Program-made: the position numbers and the translations under genes
Source of the DNA: a bacterium
GTDB lineage: Bacteria > Patescibacteriota > Minisyncoccia > Phycocordibacterales > UBA5272
Assembly: GCA_023267475.1 (NCBI GenBank)
Contig: JAHFND010000001.1
Span: forward strand, 1 to 38,577
Length of the DNA: 38,577 nucleotides
Reading direction: 5' to 3'
Notes under the pieces: generated by a model
The model's input: only the letters and a program-made list of their open reading frames with translations
What the model was told of the DNA's origin: nothing
The model's database searches: none
Shown here: positions 15,076-22,717 of the stretch, piece by piece
How the letters are laid out: the number at the start of each line of letters is the position of its first letter
How positions within the stretch are numbered: position 1 is the stretch's first letter

Positions 15076-17616
15076 ATGTCAATCATTTCAAAGCTTTTCC
15101 CAGACGAGTCAAAAAAGACCATTAAAGCGCTTGCTCCTATAGCAGATGCGGTTTTTTCGCATGAGGAAGAATTAAAATCTCTATCTGACTCAGAATTAAA
15201 ACACAAAGGTCTTGCTCTTAAAGAAAAGGTAAAAAAAGATTTGGAAGGTTTAACTGGAGAGAAATTAAAACAAACAGAAAAAGAAGTTCTTGAAGCAGTT
15301 CTTCCACTTGCTTTTGCACTTGTTCGTGAAGCTTCTCGTCGCACACTTAAGATGATGCATTATCGAGTACAAGTAATAGGTGGAATACTTCTCCATCGTG
15401 GACATATTGCAGAAATGCGTACAGGTGAAGGAAAGACACTCGTTGCCACACTTCCAGCATATTTAAATGCTCTGACTGGTCGAGGAGTACATATTGTTAC
15501 TGTGAATGATTATCTTTCACGTCGTGACGCTGTTTGGATGGGTCAAGTATATGATGCACTTGGGCTTAGTGTGTCTGTAATAAATCATCAATCATCTTTT
15601 ATATACGATAGTGAACATTTAAATAAAGAAGAAGAAAAGAAAGACGATGCAGTTCGTGATGAAGTGGGATCTTATAAAGTTATTTATGATTTTCTTAAAC
15701 CTTGTGGACGTCAGGATGCATATAAAGCAGACATTACTTATGGTACAAATAATGAATTCGGATTTGATTATTTGAAAGATAATATTGGTTACAGTAAAGA
15801 AGCTATAAATCAAGTACAGCATCATTATGCAATTGTGGATGAAATAGATTCTATACTTATAGATGAAGCTCGTACCCCTCTTATTATTTCTGCTCCAGCT
15901 GAAGAGTCTAGTGATATGTATACCAAGTTTGCTCGAGTAGCAGATTCTTTAATAGAAGGAGAAGATTATACAGTGGACGAAAAACAACGTGCCATATCTC
16001 TTTCTGAGTCGGGAATAAACAAAGCAGAAAGCGCACTTAATATAACAAACATGTATTCAATAGAAGGCATGAAGTATGTGCATCATTTAGAAACTGCAGT
16101 GCGTGCAAAGGCGCTTTTCTTACGTGAGCGTGAATATGTGGTGCGTGATAATGCCGTAGTTATTGTGGATGAATTCACAGGTCGTATGCAACCTGGACGC
16201 CGTTGGTCAGATGGGCTTCATCAAGCGGTTGAAGCAAAGGAAGGAGTAAAGATTGAACAAGAGTCACGTACTTTAGCATCCATTACATTTCAAAACTATT
16301 TCCGTTTTTATGAGAAGTTAAGTGGAATGACAGGAACAGCTGAGACTTCAAAAGAAGAATTTTATAAAGTTTACGGTCTTGTAGTTACTCCAGTTCCGAC
16401 ACATAATCCGATAAATCGTAAAGATCACGAAGATTTGATTTTCCAAACAGAAAAAGGAAAGTGGCAAGCATTAACTCGTAAGATAAAAGAATTACATGAA
16501 AAAGGCCAACCAGTCCTTATCGGTACTATCTCTATTGAAAAAAATGAAGAGATTTCAAAGTATCTAGAACGTGAAGGAGTACCACACACAATACTTAATG
16601 CGAAGAATCATGAGAAAGAAGGAGAGATAGTTGCAGGTGCAGGTAAAAAGGGCGCAGTAACTATTGCGACAAATATGGCAGGTCGTGGAGTGGACATTAA
16701 GTTAGGTGGTCCGCTTGCTACTGATGCAGAACGTGAAGTAGTGCTTTCACTTGGTGGATTATTCGTGATCGGAACAGAACGCCACGAAGCGCGTCGTATA
16801 GATAATCAGTTACGTGGACGTTCAGGACGACAAGGAGATGTGGGAGAAACACAATTCTTTGTATCACTTGAAGATGATTTGATGCGCGTGTTTGGTTCAA
16901 CTAATATTAAAAGTATGATGGGTCGTTTTGGTATTCCAGAAGATGAGCCTATAGCAAGTAAGATGGTATCTCGCGCACTTGAAAAAGCTCAAGAGAAGAT
17001 TGAAGGTTTTCATTTTGACACTCGTAAGCATACACTTCAATATGACGACGTGCTAAATCATCAACGTACAAGTATTTATGAGAAGCGTCGCAAGATATTA
17101 TTTAACGATGAAGCTTTCATAGATGAAGTCATCGCTGAACTCGTAGCTGAAAAACCAGAACTAGAAAAGATACTCGCACAAAAAGAAGAGAAATATACAC
17201 GCGAAGCCGTACGTCACATTCTTCGAGTTATGATGCTACAGATTATAGACACTCTTTGGATGGAGCATCTTGATTCTATGGAACACTTGAGGAATAGTGT
17301 GAATCTTCGTGCATATGGTCAGCGTGATCCACTTGTTGAGTATAAGAAAGAAGGACTTCGTGCATTACGTGGACTAGAATCTTCACTTCGTAATGAGCTT
17401 ATATTATTTATTGAAAATTTGGATGGATTTTTTGCAACACAACAAGCAGCACAGAATCAGCAGTTTGTACCTGTTATTAAGAGTGGTGAATCAAATGGAG
17501 ATAATAAAGAAAAAATTGGAAGAAATGATGCCTGTCCTTGTGGTAGTGGAAAGAAGTGGAAGAAGTGTGGCGAGTTAAATACAGAAGAGCATAAGGAATT
17601 GATGGGAAAGAAGTAA
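15076..17616 (+). CDS. secA: Preprotein translocase ATPase SecA
   Basis: 846 aa. DEAD-like motor motifs (MRTGEGKTLV, VDEIDSILIDEARTPLIIS, TNMAGRGVDI). C-terminal zinc finger CPCGSGKKWKKCG. Confidence 0.96.
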   Translation: MSIISKLFPDESKKTIKALAPIADAVFSHEEELKSLSDSELKHKGLALKEKVKKDLEGLTGEKLKQTEKEVLEAVLPLAFALVREASRRTLKMMHYRVQVIGGILLHRGHIAEMRTGEGKTLVATLPAYLNALTGRGVHIVTVNDYLSRRDAVWMGQVYDALGLSVSVINHQSSFIYDSEHLNKEEEKKDDAVRDEVGSYKVIYDFLKPCGRQDAYKADITYGTNNEFGFDYLKDNIGYSKEAINQVQHHYAIVDEIDSILIDEARTPLIISAPAEESSDMYTKFARVADSLIEGEDYTVDEKQRAISLSESGINKAESALNITNMYSIEGMKYVHHLETAVRAKALFLREREYVVRDNAVVIVDEFTGRMQPGRRWSDGLHQAVEAKEGVKIEQESRTLASITFQNYFRFYEKLSGMTGTAETSKEEFYKVYGLVVTPVPTHNPINRKDHEDLIFQTEKGKWQALTRKIKELHEKGQPVLIGTISIEKNEEISKYLEREGVPHTILNAKNHEKEGEIVAGAGKKGAVTIATNMAGRGVDIKLGGPLATDAEREVVLSLGGLFVIGTERHEARRIDNQLRGRSGRQGDVGETQFFVSLEDDLMRVFGSTNIKSMMGRFGIPEDEPIASKMVSRALEKAQEKIEGFHFDTRKHTLQYDDVLNHQRTSIYEKRRKILFNDEAFIDEVIAELVAEKPELEKILAQKEEKYTREAVRHILRVMMLQIIDTLWMEHLDSMEHLRNSVNLRAYGQRDPLVEYKKEGLRALRGLESSLRNELILFIENLDGFFATQQAAQNQQFVPVIKSGESNGDNKEKIGRNDACPCGSGKKWKKCGELNTEEHKELMGKK

Positions 17617-17652
17617 GTTATCCAGGTTTTCATATGGTAGAATAGTTTATAT

Positions 17653-18933
17653 ATGAAGGATCTCATTAAGCCACTTATTGTCGCTATTCTTACTTGGGAA
17701 GCAAAGATGGTGCTCGCGCGACATAAGCCATTTATTATTGGAATCACAGGGAATCTAGGTAAGACTTCTACAAAAGATGCCATATATGCAGTGATGAGAC
17801 AACATTTCTATGTCCGTCGTAGTGAGAAGAGTATGAATAGTGAGTTTGGAGTACCTCTTACTATTTTAGGTGAAAGATCTGGTTGGAATAATCCTGTAAG
17901 ATGGATGTTTATAATAATTCGTGGTTTTTTTGTTTTATTTAAGAAAAATTATCCTACACATTTAGTTTTAGAGATTGGGGCAGATAGACCAGGAGATATA
18001 AAAAAGATATCAGAATGGATACATCCAGATATTTGTGTAGTAACACAATTTGGTGAAGTACCAGTACACGTAGAATTTTTTGAAAATAGAGACGCTGTTA
18101 TAAATGAAAAAGGTTACTTGGTAGAAGCTTTGAAAAGTGATGGACTATTTATTTATAATGCTGATGATCATGATGCACAGAAGTTATTGACAAAGACAGA
18201 AGCAAAAAGAATAAGTATTGGAATAAATGAAGGTGCGGATATAAAGGCAAACAATGTGAAAGTATACGGTACTCCTATCGAAGGTACTGAAGCAGATATA
18301 GTGATTAATGGTGCAACACATCATTTAGTATTACCTGAAGTCTTGGGTAAATCTCCTGTATATTGTGTTCTTCCTGCTCTTGCCATCTCTAAAGAACTAT
18401 CTATCTCACCTGAAGTCGCATGTGCTTCACTTCGTGAGTCTGATAAACCAAAGGGGAGAATGAGATTACTTTCTGGAATAAATGGTTCTGTTATAATCGA
18501 TGACACATATAATGCTTCTCCTAAAGCTACAGAACATGGTTTAAAAACTCTTGCTTCAATAGAAACCACAGGAAGAAAAATTGCAGTACTAGGGGACATG
18601 CTTGAGCTTGGTGAATTCACACATGACGAACATTATAAAATTGGAAAAGAAGCAGCTAAATCTTGTCATAAACTTTATACAGTGGGAATACGTGCACGCG
18701 TAATAGCAGAAGGTGCACTTGATGGGAAGATGGATGATTTAAATATTATGGAATGTGACTCTTCAATAGAAGCCGGTAAGGAGTTGGTAAAAGTAATTGG
18801 TCCAAATGATATTATTTATATAAAAGGTTCACAAGGTGTGCGTATGGAACGTGCTGTAAAAATGATTCTTTCAGAAAAACATGAACCTAAAAAAGTTTTA
18901 GTTAGACAAGAAAGGGAGTGGGAGAGAAGATAA
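17653..18933 (+). CDS. murF: Mur ligase, UDP-MurNAc-tripeptide--D-Ala-D-Ala ligase (MurF)-like
   Basis: 426 aa. P-loop ITGNLGKTSTKD. DDTYNASP motif typical of the MurF C-terminal domain. Confidence 0.8.
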   Translation: MKDLIKPLIVAILTWEAKMVLARHKPFIIGITGNLGKTSTKDAIYAVMRQHFYVRRSEKSMNSEFGVPLTILGERSGWNNPVRWMFIIIRGFFVLFKKNYPTHLVLEIGADRPGDIKKISEWIHPDICVVTQFGEVPVHVEFFENRDAVINEKGYLVEALKSDGLFIYNADDHDAQKLLTKTEAKRISIGINEGADIKANNVKVYGTPIEGTEADIVINGATHHLVLPEVLGKSPVYCVLPALAISKELSISPEVACASLRESDKPKGRMRLLSGINGSVIIDDTYNASPKATEHGLKTLASIETTGRKIAVLGDMLELGEFTHDEHYKIGKEAAKSCHKLYTVGIRARVIAEGALDGKMDDLNIMECDSSIEAGKELVKVIGPNDIIYIKGSQGVRMERAVKMILSEKHEPKKVLVRQEREWERR

Positions 18934-18943
18934 AAGAAAACCA

Positions 18944-18971
18944 GCGCGACATCTCTGTCGCGCCGTTTTTT
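18944..18971. terminator. Bidirectional intrinsic terminator
   Basis: gcgcgac-atctct-gtcgcgc with cgtttttt downstream and an A-rich run upstream. It lies between the convergent murF and GGDEF genes. Confidence 0.75.
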
Positions 18972-18978
18972 GAATGCC

Positions 18979-19611
18979 TCATCTGACAACCTTAAGATTC
19001 GGCTTTTTCTCCTGCGCAAAAATCGCATACGTATTTCTGCCAGACCTCTTGGCGTCATACAGAGCGTTATCCGCAGCTGATTTCACTTCTTCGGGGTCAG
19101 CGCCATCGCGAGGGAAGCTTGCGATACCGATACTGATTCCGACACTTATTTCATGCCCGTCGATAACTATTGGGGCGCTCATAAGTCTCAGAATTTTGCC
19201 GGCAAGCTTTTCGTACGTCTTTATGTCTTTCACATCTGAGAGGATTATCGTGAATTCATCTCCTCCGATGCGTGCGACTGTATCTGTTGCACGATAAACG
19301 CATGAACGCAGTCTTGCCGACATCATTTTCAGCACTTTATCCGCGGCCGGATGTCCGTACGTGTCGTTTATTGATTTGAAATGATCGACATCTATAGCAA
19401 GGATACCCATGCTAGAGTTGTTCCTTCTAGCTATAGCGTACGCTTGTTCCAGCCTGTCATGGAACATCCACCGATTGGGCAAGCCAGTCAAATGGTCGCA
19501 GTAGGCGTGCTCTCGAGCCATCATGTTCTTCTTGTAAAGATGGATAATCACGAAGGTCTCAATGACCACCGCGATAACCAGAGTTATTAAAGCGATTATT
19601 TGAAAGTCCAT
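18979..19611 (-). CDS. Diguanylate cyclase (single TM helix + GGDEF domain)
   Basis: Start taken at MDFQIIALITLV.. (ATG 19611), with GGGAG 8 nt upstream. The track's longer ORF runs through tRNA-Glu. Active site RIGGDEF and the typical DHLTGLPNR linker. TGA stop. Confidence 0.88.
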   Translation of the reverse strand: MDFQIIALITLVIAVVIETFVIIHLYKKNMMAREHAYCDHLTGLPNRWMFHDRLEQAYAIARRNNSSMGILAIDVDHFKSINDTYGHPAADKVLKMMSARLRSCVYRATDTVARIGGDEFTIILSDVKDIKTYEKLAGKILRLMSAPIVIDGHEISVGISIGIASFPRDGADPEEVKSAADNALYDAKRSGRNTYAIFAQEKKPNLKVVR

Positions 19612-19657
19612 TTCTTCAATCTCCCATTGTGTAGAATTATTTGAAAAACCTTCAAAT

Positions 19658-19686
19658 ATAGTACAAGATAGTAGTACTTTTGTCAA
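19658..19686 (-). promoter_or_regulatory. Sigma70 promoter TTGACA-N17-TACTAT for the GGDEF gene
   Basis: Minus strand: ttgaca (19686-19681), 17-nt spacer, tactat (19663-19658). It lies just downstream of tRNA-Glu. Confidence 0.6.
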
Positions 19687-19698
19687 ATTGTGACCCTT

Positions 19699-19773
19699 TG
19701 GTGACCCTACGCGGAATCGAACCGCGCTTTTATCCTTGAGAAGGATACGTCCTAACCGATAGACGATAGGGCC
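19699..19773 (-). tRNA. tRNA-Glu (anticodon CUC), CCA encoded
   Basis: Minus strand: ggcccta tc gtc tatcggttag gac g tatcc ttCTCaa ggata aaag cgcgg ttcgatt ccgcg tagggtc a cca. Confidence 0.92.
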
Positions 19774-19876
19774 CTTATAGAAACTAAAGATAACACCTTT
19801 TAGGAAAAAGAGCAAATAACCCTTATTTTACAAGCATTTTTAGACGCCTCTAGGAGGTCATTTTAGCTTAAAAGGC

Positions 19877-19905
19877 TTGACAAATGGATTCAAATCTGCT
19901 ATAAT
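19877..19905 (+). promoter_or_regulatory. Perfect consensus sigma70 promoter TTGACA-N17-TATAAT
   Basis: ttgaca 19877-19882, a 17-nt spacer ending in tgc, tataat 19900-19905. It is about 120 nt upstream of the ATG at 20035. Confidence 0.7.
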
Positions 19906-20034
19906 GACCACATAATAGTGGACGTGTAAATACCATAGAGTATCCGAGTTAAAAACAAAGATTTCCCTGGTATTTTAATTTTCACTCACTATTTTCCAGC
20001 TCACAGACCGTTAATGGAGCGTAACCATTAAACT

Positions 20035-20571
20035 ATGATCAAAAAAATTTATAAGGCTAGCCAGATACTTGCGTTTGTTCCATTTATGGCCATCCCAAGT
20101 TTCTCACTTGTCTCACATATTGGTTCACTTAATACTAATTCTGTAACAAAGGAGGAAGTTTCAGTGGACGATCTTCGTCAGGAAAAAGCGGATGCCATCG
20201 ATTCTTACTTTAAGGATCGTTCAATGCCACTATATGGTACAGGTATGACATTCGTACGTGTTGCTGAAAAATATGGTCTTGATTGGCGTTTACTTCCTGC
20301 GATTGCTATTCGTGAATCATCCGGTGGAAAGAATGCTTGTGGGAATAATCCATTCGGTTGGGGATCTTGTAAGCTTCACAACTTCGGAAGTTATGAACAA
20401 GCGATTGAGTCTCTAGGTAAGAACTTAGGAGGAGCTAATCCAAATACAGCTCGTTACTACGCTGGAAAATCTACTCAAGAAAAACTATATCACTATAACG
20501 GAACAGTACTTGCTACATATCCAAGTGAAGTGTCAGACATTATGAAGATGATCGAGACCGATAATGGATAA
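20035..20571 (+). CDS. Secreted/anchored protein with peptidoglycan-hydrolase-like motif (glucosaminidase/transglycosylase-like, uncertain)
   Basis: 178 aa with a hydrophobic N-terminus. ..LLPAIAIRESSGGKNACGNNPFGWG.. resembles the catalytic-Glu region of muramidase/glucosaminidase folds. The family assignment is tentative. Confidence 0.55.
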   Translation: MIKKIYKASQILAFVPFMAIPSFSLVSHIGSLNTNSVTKEEVSVDDLRQEKADAIDSYFKDRSMPLYGTGMTFVRVAEKYGLDWRLLPAIAIRESSGGKNACGNNPFGWGSCKLHNFGSYEQAIESLGKNLGGANPNTARYYAGKSTQEKLYHYNGTVLATYPSEVSDIMKMIETDNG

Positions 20572-20603
20572 AAACATTTCGATCTCGTACGGAGTACCAG
20601 AAT

Positions 20604-20650
20604 AAAACAAAAGAGCGACCCATACGGGTCGCTCTTTTGTTTTATTTTTA
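20604..20650 (+). terminator. Strong intrinsic terminator
   Basis: aaaacaaaagagcgaccc-atac-gggtcgctcttttgtttt followed by a T-rich run. Confidence 0.8.
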
Positions 20651-20703
20651 CAATGATAAACTTTATTTTGAGCTGCACAAACATATTCTCTAAGGAGGTG
20701 TCT

Positions 20704-20841
20704 ATGCACATGATCATGTGGAATCCAGAATTCTGGATTCGTTTCTGGCAGGAAGTCTTCAATCCAGAGTTCTACATTCCAAAGAACTGGGGATGGGAAC
20801 AGCCAAATTTCGTGTCTGAAGTGGAAAATCCTGATGAATAG
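20704..20841 (+). CDS. 45-aa Trp/Phe-rich acidic peptide MHMIMWNPEFWIRFWQEVFNPEFYIPKNWGWEQPNFVSEVENPDE
   Basis: Best Shine-Dalgarno in the window (AAGGAGGTG, 20691-20699), 4 nt before ATG 20704. The track's start at 20653 lies inside the upstream terminator tail. The ORF is bracketed by terminators on both sides. Confidence 0.5.
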   Translation: MHMIMWNPEFWIRFWQEVFNPEFYIPKNWGWEQPNFVSEVENPDE

Positions 20842-20853
20842 AGAAGGTGTGAT

Positions 20854-20879
20854 GGACCGGAAGCGCAAGCTTTCGGTCC
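20854..20879. terminator. Hairpin terminator between convergent genes
   Basis: ggaccggaagc-gcaa-gctttcggtcc (one mismatch). Confidence 0.6.
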
Positions 20880-20887
20880 GGGTTGTT

Positions 20888-21187
20888 TTAATCTTTTTTA
20901 TCTAGTTTTACTAGTCCTAATTTATGTATTCCAAAATATACAACTCCAGCGACTACGCAGAAATTTATTAAGTCATTTATAAGCAGGCCGTAGTTTATAG
21001 AAGCTCCCATGAATGTGAAAGTTGCTTCTGTTAGACCGTGTGTTTTATTGAGTAGTATCCCAAGTAGAGGGTTTATAATATTATCGATTATTGATTTTAC
21101 TAAGTCCCCAACTGCTCCTCCTAAGATAAATCCAACAGCAAGTCCGATAGCTCCTTGTGAACGAATAAATTCTAAAAATCCTTTCAT
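20888..21187 (-). CDS. mscL: Large-conductance mechanosensitive channel MscL
   Basis: 99 aa. The N-terminus FLEFIRSQGAIGLAVGFILGGAVGDLVKSIIDNIINPLLG is the canonical MscL TM1 region. Confidence 0.9.
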   Translation of the reverse strand: MKGFLEFIRSQGAIGLAVGFILGGAVGDLVKSIIDNIINPLLGILLNKTHGLTEATFTFMGASINYGLLINDLINFCVVAGVVYFGIHKLGLVKLDKKD

Positions 21188-21276
21188 ATTTTTTAATTAA
21201 ATATTAATTTATATAGTATATCGTATTTATGCTATAGTATCTCTAATAAATACCTAAGTCATAGCTCGGAAAGAAC

Positions 21277-22716
21277 ATGCTATTTAACTCCTTTGCCTTC
21301 CTAATATTTTTTACTGTTTTTTACACAGTTTTTTATTATTCTAGAGGAACAATAAGACAGCTGGTACTTTTTTTAGCTAGTTGTATTTTTTATGCATGGT
21401 TTATTCCAAAGTACTTACTTATTCTTTTTTTAGCTATCGCGATTGATTATTATGCAGCGATAAAGATAGAAGAGGCAGATTCTGATAAAAAAAAGAAGAT
21501 AGCGCTTATCTTAGGTGTCGTAAATACTTCTTTAATATTATTTGTCTTTAAGTATCATAATTTTTTTATAGATAATATCAATTTTATAAGCGGTCTTAAA
21601 TTATCACATTGGAGTTTGATATTACCTATCGGTCTTTCATTTCACACATTTCAAAGTCTAAGTTATGTGATAGATGTTTATTGGGGGAAAGTTAAAGCAG
21701 AAAGAAATATTCTTATATATGCAAATTATGTGATGATGTTTCCTCAATTAGTCGCAGGACCGATAGAAAGAGCAGGACATCTGATTCCCCAGATAAGAAA
21801 TTCTTTTTATAGTAAGTTAAGCGATTCGGATTTTGTAATTGGGTCTTCACTTTTCTTTTATGGACTATTCAAGAAAGTGGTAGTCGCTGATAATATTGGC
21901 CCTTATGTGAGTGCTGTGTTTGATAATTATACTCATCATAATGGAGCTACGATGTTTGTTGGAACAATGTTTTTCGCGATACAAATATATGCTGATTTTT
22001 CAGGGTATTCAGATATGGCAATTGGCGTCGCTAGAACTCTTGGTTTTAAGTTCAATGATAATTTCCAAACTCCCTACTTCTCCCGTTCCGTCACAGAATT
22101 CTGGAGAAGATGGCATATATCTCTATCATCATGGCTTAGAGACTATCTATACTATCCTCTAGTACTAAGTACAGGAAAGATAACTAAAACAAAGATGAAT
22201 CTAAGCATACTAGCCACATTTGCCATAATAGGCCTCTGGCATGGTGCAGCTTGGACTTTTGTTATCTTTGGTACTCTACACGGTATATATCTAGTGGTAG
22301 AGTCTTTAACTGACAAATACAGAAAGAATCTAGTATCTTTCATTCATCTAGATAAACTACCCTTTCTTCACCATATACTAGACTCTCTACTTACATTTAT
22401 CCTTGTCTCTCTTTCTTTTGTTTTCTTTAGGGCGAAGAGTTTAGATCAATCTTTTTACATGTTAAAGAAAATATTTTCTGATTATAAGATAAGTGATGTA
22501 AGCCTACTTGATACGAATAGTTTTGCGATAATACTTTTCTCTATAGCTATATTGTTCTCGACAGAGTATTTAGTATTTAGAAAGTATTCTATAGATGATA
22601 TTTATAATAAGGCAAAGGGGAATATTTTCTTGTATTCGATCGCTGTGATTTCTATCTTGTTTGTATTTTCATTTGGTTCTTGGGGAGAGACAAGCTTTAT
22701 TTATTTCCAATTCTAG
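21277..22716 (+). CDS. MBOAT-family membrane O-acyltransferase (AlgI/DltB/PatA type)
   Basis: 479-aa polytopic protein. Signature EFWRRWHISLSSWLRDYLYYP with the catalytic His. Confidence 0.88.
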   Translation: MLFNSFAFLIFFTVFYTVFYYSRGTIRQLVLFLASCIFYAWFIPKYLLILFLAIAIDYYAAIKIEEADSDKKKKIALILGVVNTSLILFVFKYHNFFIDNINFISGLKLSHWSLILPIGLSFHTFQSLSYVIDVYWGKVKAERNILIYANYVMMFPQLVAGPIERAGHLIPQIRNSFYSKLSDSDFVIGSSLFFYGLFKKVVVADNIGPYVSAVFDNYTHHNGATMFVGTMFFAIQIYADFSGYSDMAIGVARTLGFKFNDNFQTPYFSRSVTEFWRRWHISLSSWLRDYLYYPLVLSTGKITKTKMNLSILATFAIIGLWHGAAWTFVIFGTLHGIYLVVESLTDKYRKNLVSFIHLDKLPFLHHILDSLLTFILVSLSFVFFRAKSLDQSFYMLKKIFSDYKISDVSLLDTNSFAIILFSIAILFSTEYLVFRKYSIDDIYNKAKGNIFLYSIAVISILFVFSFGSWGETSFIYFQF

Positions 22717-22717
22717 T

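Noticed and set aside
19612-19815. N-terminal extension of the GGDEF ORF (track start 19815), and ORFs 18974..19297(+) and 19381..19590(+)
   Set aside because: The extension would translate through tRNA-Glu (19699-19773) and the gene's own promoter. An internal ATG at 19611 with a GGGAG SD gives a normal TM + GGDEF protein. The plus-strand ORFs are antisense to the GGDEF domain.
19906-20034. c-di-GMP or c-di-AMP (ydaO) riboswitch in the long leader next to the GGDEF gene
   Set aside because: It is attractive by context: a cell-wall hydrolase-like gene downstream and a cyclase next door. But the leader is AT-rich, and I could not find the conserved GEMM or ydaO core sequences or their helices. 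I keep only the description of a long leader with a hairpin near the start.
20493-20868. Minus-strand ORFs 20493..20762 and 20533..20868, and the long version (20653) of the Trp-rich peptide ORF
   Set aside because: The minus-strand ORFs span a strong terminator and are antisense to two plus-strand units. The 20653 start lies in the terminator's T tail and upstream of the strong SD that serves ATG 20704.
22661-22717. Upstream start (22661) for the MBOAT partner protein, and 28716 (GTG) for pilB
   Set aside because: 22661 lies inside the MBOAT coding region and adds a non-hydrophobic 19-aa extension before the obvious MIQILKRIIII.. membrane anchor that starts 1 nt after the MBOAT stop. For pilB the ATG at 28743 is preferred, but the GTG cannot be excluded; this is noted in the feature.
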